A stretch of DNA of 64,000 bases from Cocleimonas sp. (GTDB taxonomy: Bacteria > Pseudomonadota > Gammaproteobacteria > Thiotrichales > Thiotrichaceae). Within the stretch, counting starts at the first letter, position 1. Each line of letters opens with the position of its first letter. Shown here in pieces: positions 57,685 through 64,000 of this stretch. The position numbers were made by a program, and so were the translations under genes. A model generated the notes under the pieces. It was not told where the DNA came from, searched no databases, and saw only the letters and a program-made list of their open reading frames with translations. The DNA lies in NCBI GenBank assembly GCA_036960615.1, contig JBALXO010000004.1, forward strand, positions 8,875-72,874, written 5' to 3'.

Positions 57685-59051
57685 AGTATTTCCTGAAGTA
57701 CCGTTCTAATCGTACTACTTAGACGCTCAGTTATTTGAGCCACATTATTTTCGTCAATAATAAATGGCGGAGCGAGCAAAATATGATCACCATTAACACC
57801 GTCTACCGTGCCACCCATAGGATAAATCATCAAGCGATTTTCCATCGCTTTCTTCTTTATTTTTGCATGAAGTTTTAGGCTTGGATCGAACGCCTTTTTA
57901 CTGTTTTTATCAGCAACCAATTCAATACCGATAAACAAACCACGTCCACGAATGTCGCCCACGTGGTCTGCTAAAATTGGGTCAGCGTTAAAAGATTCAT
58001 TTAATGATTGCTTGAGGTTTGCCCCTTGCTTTTTCACATTACTCAGCAAGTCTCGTTCTTGAATTTCCAATTGCGTTGCTAAGCCCGCTGCACAAGAACT
58101 TGGGTGACCGATATAGGTATGGCCATGCTGGAAAAACCCACTGCCATTATCAATAGCGTTGACTATTTTTTCACTAATTAAGACTGCACCCAATGGTTGA
58201 TAACCTGCAGAAACCCCTTTGGCGATAGTTTGTAAATCCCCTTGAATACTTTCTTGCTCACAAGCATGTAAAGACCCTGTTCGACCCATACCACACATAA
58301 TTTCATCGAGTATTAACAACACATCATATTGATCACAGATCTCGCGAATACGTTTAAAATAACCTGCGGGAGAAGTTAGACAACCAGCCGTAGCACCACC
58401 AACAGTTTCTGCGACGAAAGCAGCAACATTTTCTACACCCAATTCTAAAATTTTAGTTTCTAGTTCATTGGCAATTCGTTGGCCATATTCAAATACTGTT
58501 TCACTTTCCTGCTTATCGCGATATTCATTACATGCCGAAATATGATGTCCTTCAACCAAGATTGAGTCAAAAGGTTTGCGCCGCCATAGATTGCCGCCAA
58601 TCGCAAGAGCACCTAAGGTATTGCCATGGTAACTTTGCTTTCTCGCGATAAAGAGTTTTTTCTCAGTTTTACCTTGCTCAAAGAAGTACTGTCTGGCTAA
58701 TTTTAAAGAGGCTTCAATCGCTTCAGAACCGCCCGTGAGAAAATAAACTTGAGAGAATTCTCCGTAAGCATGTGAGAGTAAATGTTTAGCTAATTGTTCT
58801 TGAGCATTATTAGTGAAAAAGCTGGTATGCGCATACGGGATTTCATTGACCTGATCAATAATCGCTTGTTTAACACGTTGATTTGAATGCCCTAAACAAG
58901 AAACTGCAGCCCCACCGCAAGCATCTAAATATCGATTGCCTTGCTTATCTATTAAATAAACACCATCACCACCTGCAATCGTTGCAAGGTTTGGCTTACT
59001 GGTTCGTTGCATAACCTTTTCATTCGGCATTACCATAATATTCTCAATCAT
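57681..59051 (-). CDS. class III (omega-type) PLP-dependent aminotransferase
   Basis: LDACGGAAVSCLGH, FLTGGSEAIEASLKLAR, LILDEIMCGMGRTG, and the PLP lysine context (TIAKGVSAGYQPLG). Confidence 0.85.
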   Translation of the reverse strand: MIENIMVMPNEKVMQRTSKPNLATIAGGDGVYLIDKQGNRYLDACGGAAVSCLGHSNQRVKQAIIDQVNEIPYAHTSFFTNNAQEQLAKHLLSHAYGEFSQVYFLTGGSEAIEASLKLARQYFFEQGKTEKKLFIARKQSYHGNTLGALAIGGNLWRRKPFDSILVEGHHISACNEYRDKQESETVFEYGQRIANELETKILELGVENVAAFVAETVGGATAGCLTSPAGYFKRIREICDQYDVLLILDEIMCGMGRTGSLHACEQESIQGDLQTIAKGVSAGYQPLGAVLISEKIVNAIDNGSGFFQHGHTYIGHPSSCAAGLATQLEIQERDLLSNVKKQGANLKQSLNESFNADPILADHVGDIRGRGLFIGIELVADKNSKKAFDPSLKLHAKIKKKAMENRLMIYPMGGTVDGVNGDHILLAPPFIIDENNVAQITERLSSTIRTVLQEIL

Positions 59052-59144
59052 CTGTAGAAAATGAATAACTAGCGATAACTTTACTATAAGTCATATGAAG
59101 TGAATAATAGAATTTTTTAGTCATCCATCTAATAAAGGCATAAC

Positions 59145-60050
59145 ATGCTTTACTCTCAACTACCTCCTTTAAATTCTATTAAAGCCTTTGATGCGGTTGT
59201 CAGGCATGGTTCGATCAGTGAGGCTGCGAGAATACTTTTCGTTAGTCAAAGCGCCGTAAGTCGACATATTATTAAATTAGAAGACTTTTTAGGCAGCCAA
59301 TTGTTATATCGCGGTAAACAAGGTGCATCCGTGACCAAAGAAGGACAAGAGTTTTTTGACCGTATTAGTCATTCATTAAACGGAATTTTAGATGCAACAG
59401 TCAATATCAAGGCTACTCAGTCAGGTGTGAATATTGTCAGGGTCAGCTCATTATCAAGCTTTGCCTTAAAATGGTTTGTACCAAAACTCAGCATATTTCA
59501 ATCGCTTCATCCTGATATTATTTTAGATATATCTATTGCCGATGACTTGCCTGACTTTGAATATAGCCAAAAAGACTGCGCAATAGTCTCTCAACAGCGT
59601 AATTTATTTGATATACATACTGAAGAACTTTTTGAAGAAGAGCTCATCGTCGTAGCCTCTCCTTCAATGTTAATAAAATCAACGATTACAGAACCAGACC
59701 ATTTAATAGGCATTCCTTTAATCCATACAACTTCTCGCCCAGAGTTATGGCATCTTTGGAATGATCAAAACAACTCAGCAAGTGATGACGCACTTGTTGG
59801 TCTCACCTTTCAAGATTTTTATATTTCAATAGCGGCTTGTGTTGCTGGCAGTGGTGTTGGGCTCATACCTTCTTTTTTAGTCAAACAAGAGCTTGAAAAT
59901 AAAACATTGGCTCAACCTCTAAAACAATCATTAAAGACGGGCAAACATTATGGTATTGCTATTTCCCCTTCCAGAAAAAAGAACGATGCCGTTATTGCTT
60001 TTCGTGATTGGTTAATAAAAGAAACTGCCAACGAAAGTACTAATCCTTAG
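59145..60050 (+). CDS. LysR-family transcriptional regulator
   Basis: N-terminal HTH LNSIKAFDAVVRHGSISEAARILFVSQSAVSRHIIKLE. Divergent from the aminotransferase operon. Confidence 0.9.
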   Translation: MLYSQLPPLNSIKAFDAVVRHGSISEAARILFVSQSAVSRHIIKLEDFLGSQLLYRGKQGASVTKEGQEFFDRISHSLNGILDATVNIKATQSGVNIVRVSSLSSFALKWFVPKLSIFQSLHPDIILDISIADDLPDFEYSQKDCAIVSQQRNLFDIHTEELFEEELIVVASPSMLIKSTITEPDHLIGIPLIHTTSRPELWHLWNDQNNSASDDALVGLTFQDFYISIAACVAGSGVGLIPSFLVKQELENKTLAQPLKQSLKTGKHYGIAISPSRKKNDAVIAFRDWLIKETANESTNP

Positions 60051-60125
60051 CTCTTATCTCTTTTTAAATAACTATATTTCAGCTAAATAGCTAAATATGT
60101 ACTAAATTTATTTAATGGAGAAATT

Positions 60126-60542
60126 ATGAAAAAAAGTGCAGGCAGTTGTTTATGCGGCGAAGTACATTACGAAATCACAGGTAGCCTAGGGGTATTCCAA
60201 TACTGTCATTGTTCACGTTGTCGAAAATTTACTGGCAGCGCACATGCAGCAAATATCATTGTAGCACCAGATCAATTTGAATGGATTGAAGGTGAAGAGT
60301 TTTTAGGTCGGTTTGAAGTAAAAGGTGCACGACATTTTGCTACATCTTTTTGTTCTCAATGTGGTTCGTCGATGCCTTGGAAGGCACAAAGCGGTAAGGC
60401 AGTTATCATTCCAGCAGGAACTCTAGACGATGATCCAGATATTCGTCCATTCCAGAATATCTTTTATGGCTCAAAAGCTGAGTGGTACCAAGAAGCGAGT
60501 GACTTGATTAAATACGATGAACTGCCAACCAAAAAATGTTGA
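60126..60542 (+). CDS. GFA-family (CENP-V/glutathione-dependent formaldehyde-activating-like) zinc protein
   Basis: CLCGEV...CHCSRCRK...CSQCGS cysteine pattern of the GFA family, 138 aa. Confidence 0.82.
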   Translation: MKKSAGSCLCGEVHYEITGSLGVFQYCHCSRCRKFTGSAHAANIIVAPDQFEWIEGEEFLGRFEVKGARHFATSFCSQCGSSMPWKAQSGKAVIIPAGTLDDDPDIRPFQNIFYGSKAEWYQEASDLIKYDELPTKKC

Positions 60543-60590
60543 TATTGAATTAGCAAAAGACAAATACCTTAGTCAGTCTTCTTATTATAA

Positions 60591-60627
60591 AAAATGAAAA
60601 CAGCCAAAAAGGTGGGGGGTGTCTTTT
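60591..60627 (-). repeat. C-rich extragenic repeat, copy 17
   Basis: Minus strand reads AAAAGACACCCCCCACCTTTTTGGCTGTTTTCATTTT, 57 nt after the folE2 stop, in sense orientation. Confidence 0.9.
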
Positions 60628-60683
60628 CAGTCTTTCAAATGGGTTTAATCATAATTCCATTTGAAATAAATAAGTATAAGTAA

Positions 60684-61658
60684 TCAGTGTGGGAACTCAC
60701 GAGGGTCGTCTCGGTAACCGCCATCAACGCCTTTGGTTACAATAGCAACAGCATCATGAGGATGCAGGCTTTCTAAGTGATTTACTCGAACCCAAAAGTC
60801 TTCAAAGTGTTGATCATTAACTAATATCGCTTGCACACGACGAGCCGCATCTTCACAGAACATTAAGTTAGCAGCATTTAATCTGGCAAATTCTTGTTCG
60901 TCTTCACGCTTTACAGCAGCTTGTACCGGCGTAGCCAAAGCATCTTCGACTTTGTCTATTAGAGCTGAAATTGGAATGTCTTTTACTTGATCAGAAAGTC
61001 TCACTCGAACTTGAGCAATACTCCGTTGGCTATGTGGAGTCGCCGAAATACCTTCAGTTGTGCCAAGCCAAGCATGAACTGTTGCAAGATCAACATCGCC
61101 ACTTTCACCAAACTTATCTTGGAAGCCCTGCTGGATAATATCGCGCGCTAATGCCGCCGAACATGGACAAGTCGACGAGTAAGGAATCTCAATACTTAGC
61201 TCAGTTGATATTTCACCTTGGCGAACACTGGATGAAATGCGCGTTTTATAACTTTTCCAACCCGTATTATCACTAATCAGTGAATCGCGACGTTCAAAAA
61301 ATTGTAAACGACACTCGAGGTAGGCGCTGTCGCTAATGCCTTCTTGCGATTCTGCAAAATGAGTTACAACTTCTTTCAATAATGCTGGTGTGATGGTGTG
61401 ATCGCTTAAGATCTGATCAATCACCAAATACAAACGCGACATGTGAATGCCTTTCGCTTTGGGGTCAGTCAAATTTACATAGGCTTGAACGCTAGCAACC
61501 GTCTGAATCTGCTGACCTTTACCATTAAGGACATGCACTGGCAGTTCGATCTCGCTCATTCCTACCCAATTTAGTGTGGCATTTGGGCCAGAATGTGGTT
61601 CGTTAGCTATGTCAGGTAAATCGCAGTTATTGTCATCACAACTTTCAGTGGTACTCAT
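60684..61658 (-). CDS. folE2: GTP cyclohydrolase I type 2 (FolE2 / GCYH-IB)
   Basis: LPDIANE......L.WVGMSEIELPV and GIHMSRL...SSTCPCSAALAR... blocks are typical of FolE2. Confidence 0.85.
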   Translation of the reverse strand: MSTTESCDDNNCDLPDIANEPHSGPNATLNWVGMSEIELPVHVLNGKGQQIQTVASVQAYVNLTDPKAKGIHMSRLYLVIDQILSDHTITPALLKEVVTHFAESQEGISDSAYLECRLQFFERRDSLISDNTGWKSYKTRISSSVRQGEISTELSIEIPYSSTCPCSAALARDIIQQGFQDKFGESGDVDLATVHAWLGTTEGISATPHSQRSIAQVRVRLSDQVKDIPISALIDKVEDALATPVQAAVKREDEQEFARLNAANLMFCEDAARRVQAILVNDQHFEDFWVRVNHLESLHPHDAVAIVTKGVDGGYRDDPREFPH

Positions 61659-61885
61659 GGTAAATCCTGAATCTATTCTATAATAGATAATGTAATAGGT
61701 AGTTTAATAAATAATTCAACTCAAATTAGTCGATAAATTATACAGAAAGGCGACTGTACCAGCTATAAAATAATAGTTAAGTGACCTTAGGTGCTACTAT
61801 GGGGTTGATAATGACAAATTCCAAGGCTTAACACCTTGATTTATTTGATCAATCTTCATGTAAGCAATACTGAGCATGAAATCAT

Positions 61886-61919
61886 GAAAAACCATTGAAA
61901 AGGTAGGGGGTGTGCTTAT
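61886..61919 (-). repeat. C-rich extragenic repeat, copy 18 (in a divergent promoter region)
   Basis: Minus strand reads ATAAGCACACCCCCTACCTTTTCAATGGTTTTTC. It lies between the folE2 and moxR starts, with no upstream co-oriented gene. Confidence 0.75.
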
Positions 61920-62051
61920 ATTATAAAGAGCATCTTTCACAGTAATAGTGACGAATAAAAACGAATTAATGACATAAAAACTAATAAGAACCACTACTTC
62001 GCCAACAGCAACTAAATGATAGAAAATAGCATAGAAAAATTTAAGGAATTT

Positions 62052-63077
62052 ATGAGTACAGAAACACCAGTCAATAAACCCCCCAAAGTAGCAATGAAAG
62101 CTGTCGAGACTAGCACTTATGCGGCTTTTTCTCAGGTAAGAAAACATCTACAAACTAAAATTATCGGTCAAACTCTGTTAGTCGATAGACTATTAATAGC
62201 CCTTTTAGCTGATGGACATTTATTAGTTGAAGGTGCTCCGGGTTTAGCAAAAACAACTGCGATCAAAGAACTCTCAGCTGTTTTAGATGGCGACTTTCAT
62301 CGATTACAATTTACTCCTGACCTTTTACCAGGTGACCTTACAGGAAGTGATGTTTATCGCCCTGAAACAGGTGAGTTTGTTTTCCAAAAAGGTCCCCTAT
62401 TTCATAATCTAATTCTGGCAGATGAAATAAACCGTGCACCAGCAAAAGTCCAATCTGCGTTACTTGAAGCGATGGGCGAACATCAAATTACTGTTGGTAG
62501 TACAACCTATCAATTACCACGCCCGTTTTTAGTTATGGCAACACAAAACCCGATTGAGCAAGAGGGAACCTATCCTCTACCAGAAGCTCAATTAGATCGC
62601 TTTTTAATGCATGTATTTATTGATTATCCGGATGCAAAGTCCGAAAACCTAATCTTACAATTAGCTCGTGAGCAAGCAAAAGAAACATATAGTAAAGCTT
62701 CAAAGGCTCCTTTTCAGCTTAGCAAAAGCGATGTAGAAAATGCCCAACAAGCTGTGCTTAATATTCATATGGCAGAACCTGTGCAAGAGTATTTAGTACA
62801 ACTTATTTTAGCGAGTCGAACCCCTGCAAAATACAGTGATGAGCTAGCGCGTTGGATTAGTTATGGCGGCAGTCCAAGAGCGACTATTTCACTCGACCGT
62901 TGTGCACGTGCACATGCGTGGCTTCACGAACGTGATTATGTTTCTCCTGAAGATGTGCAAGCGGTTGCTTATGAAGTATTACGCCATCGCTTATTGATTT
63001 CTTATGAAGCCGAAGCTGAAGGTATTACTGCTGACAATGTTATAGAGGAACTGATTAGACAAGTACCTGTCTCATAA
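62052..63077 (+). CDS. MoxR-family AAA+ ATPase
   Basis: IIGQTLLVDRLLIALLADGHLLVEGAPGLAKT, ILADEINRAP, ATQNPIEQEGTYPLPEAQLDRF. The start is set at the ATG with an AAGGAA Shine-Dalgarno (62052) rather than 62016. Confidence 0.92.
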   Translation: MSTETPVNKPPKVAMKAVETSTYAAFSQVRKHLQTKIIGQTLLVDRLLIALLADGHLLVEGAPGLAKTTAIKELSAVLDGDFHRLQFTPDLLPGDLTGSDVYRPETGEFVFQKGPLFHNLILADEINRAPAKVQSALLEAMGEHQITVGSTTYQLPRPFLVMATQNPIEQEGTYPLPEAQLDRFLMHVFIDYPDAKSENLILQLAREQAKETYSKASKAPFQLSKSDVENAQQAVLNIHMAEPVQEYLVQLILASRTPAKYSDELARWISYGGSPRATISLDRCARAHAWLHERDYVSPEDVQAVAYEVLRHRLLISYEAEAEGITADNVIEELIRQVPVS

Positions 63078-63183
63078 GCTGTATAAGCTAGCTTTACACA
63101 GAACTATCAGATTAGTTTTATCCTAGCTTACAGTCGAAATAGATAGAGATCAGAGTCGTTGTTGTTTTGTTAAGAGTATCGAA

Positions 63184-64000
63184 ATGAATTTTTTTAGTCG
63201 CTGGTTTAAAATCCAAGAAAATAAATCAACTGCTCAAACTGTAGTTAATTCGGCTACGCACGTCACAACCAAAGAGCTTATCTCTCTTAAACAACAAGCG
63301 CATAAACTTGATATGAGTCGTCGATCATACGCACGCTCATCTTCTACTGGTTCGCATCATTCACAATTTCGTGGTCGCGGCATGGATTACCAAGAGTCGC
63401 GAATTTATCAAGCCGGTGATGATATTCGTAATATGGATTGGCGTGTCACTGCGCGTGCAGGAAAACCGCATACCAAACTCTACCAAGAAGAACGTGAACG
63501 CCCGGTCGTGCTAGTGGTTGATTTTAATCCTGGAATGTTTTTTGGCTCGACTAAGTCACTAAAATCAGTGCTAGCAGCAAAAGTTGCGACTCTCATTGCA
63601 TGGTCTGTTGCCGCGAAAGGCGATCGTATTGGTGGCTTGATTATAAATTCATCTCATCACGAATTACCTCCCAAAACTGGTAAACGAGGCGTACTACAAT
63701 TAATTAGAGAATTAGTGATTCATAGTGACCCACGCAACGGTTTAGATCAATCTTCAACAACAAAGCATACACGCATGAATGACGAACTAAAACGTTTACG
63801 TCGCTTAGCTAAGCCAGGGTCTTTGATTTTTTTGATTAGTGACTTCTATGATATAGACGAAGAAACAGCCGCGCATTTACGACAAATATCTCGTCATAAC
63901 GATATCCAAGCCATTCAAATTGTTGATCCATTAGAACTATCTCCACCCCCACCTGATAGCTATGCGGTAACTGATGGAGAAGCTACTGGCGTAGTAAGTA
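63184..64000 (+). CDS. DUF58-domain protein (MoxR partner), 3' end beyond the window
   Basis: Missing from the ORF track because it is open at the window edge. My translation is MNFFSRWFKIQ...HHSQFRGRGMDYQESRIYQAGDDIRNMDWRVTARAGKPHTKLYQEERERPVVLVVD..., the DUF58 signature downstream of moxR. Confidence 0.85.
   Translation, partial: MNFFSRWFKIQENKSTAQTVVNSATHVTTKELISLKQQAHKLDMSRRSYARSSSTGSHHSQFRGRGMDYQESRIYQAGDDIRNMDWRVTARAGKPHTKLYQEERERPVVLVVDFNPGMFFGSTKSLKSVLAAKVATLIAWSVAAKGDRIGGLIINSSHHELPPKTGKRGVLQLIRELVIHSDPRNGLDQSSTTKHTRMNDELKRLRRLAKPGSLIFLISDFYDIDEETAAHLRQISRHNDIQAIQIVDPLELSPPPPDSYAVTDGEATGVVS

Noticed and set aside
59052-59144. LysR T-N11-A operator in the divergent aminotransferase/LysR spacer (ATAACT x2, AGTCAT x2 direct repeats; ACTT-N6-AAGT)
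   Set aside because: Several short AT-rich repeats are present, but none forms a convincing T-N11-A dyad. In this base composition such matches are expected by chance.
61797-62147. 116-aa minus-strand ORF spanning the folE2/moxR spacer and the moxR start
   Set aside because: It overlaps the moxR 5' end and reads through repeat copy 18 (giving ISTPPTF). Its composition is hydrophobic and low-complexity. It is likely non-coding.

Overview
AT-rich chromosomal segment with gammaproteobacterial gene content and synteny. I call about 65 protein-coding genes. I recognised no rRNA, tRNA, CRISPR array, intact IS element or prophage. Conserved blocks, left to right: rapA (partial); glnN (type III glutamine synthetase with a sigma-54 promoter and an NtrC-like site); pilD-pilC-pilB; a rubredoxin gene missing from the ORF track; ruvCAB; ybgC-tolQRAB-pal-cpoB; cysQ-nudE-yrfG; an ankyrin protein; bioD plus a short signal peptidase; hemF; an ECF sigma / anti-sigma / subtilase operon; gshB; ispB divergent from rpmA-obg-proB, with rplU absent; rsmD plus two M16 peptidases divergent from ftsY; a ~3.5 kb insertion (IS5-like transposase remnant, TPR protein, double-thioredoxin protein) separating ftsY from ftsEX; clpB with a sigma-32-like promoter; zapD-coaE; a LysR-linked aminotransferase / BKACE / acetoacetyl-CoA synthetase cluster; a GFA-family gene; folE2; moxR-DUF58 (partial). 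The signal I rate highest is not a gene. It is a dispersed, strictly intergenic, non-palindromic C-rich repeat of ~32 nt, consensus AAAGACACCCCCC(T)ACCTTTTTGSCnnTTTTYC. I count 15 clear and 3 degenerate copies. 16 of the 18 lie 0-171 nt downstream of a stop codon, with the C-rich strand in the sense of the upstream gene. Two pairs form long hairpins. I cannot assign it to a repeat family I know, and I propose it as a candidate 3'-end, termination or uptake-type signal. All protein calls come from reading the supplied translations and my own translations. No database search was run.
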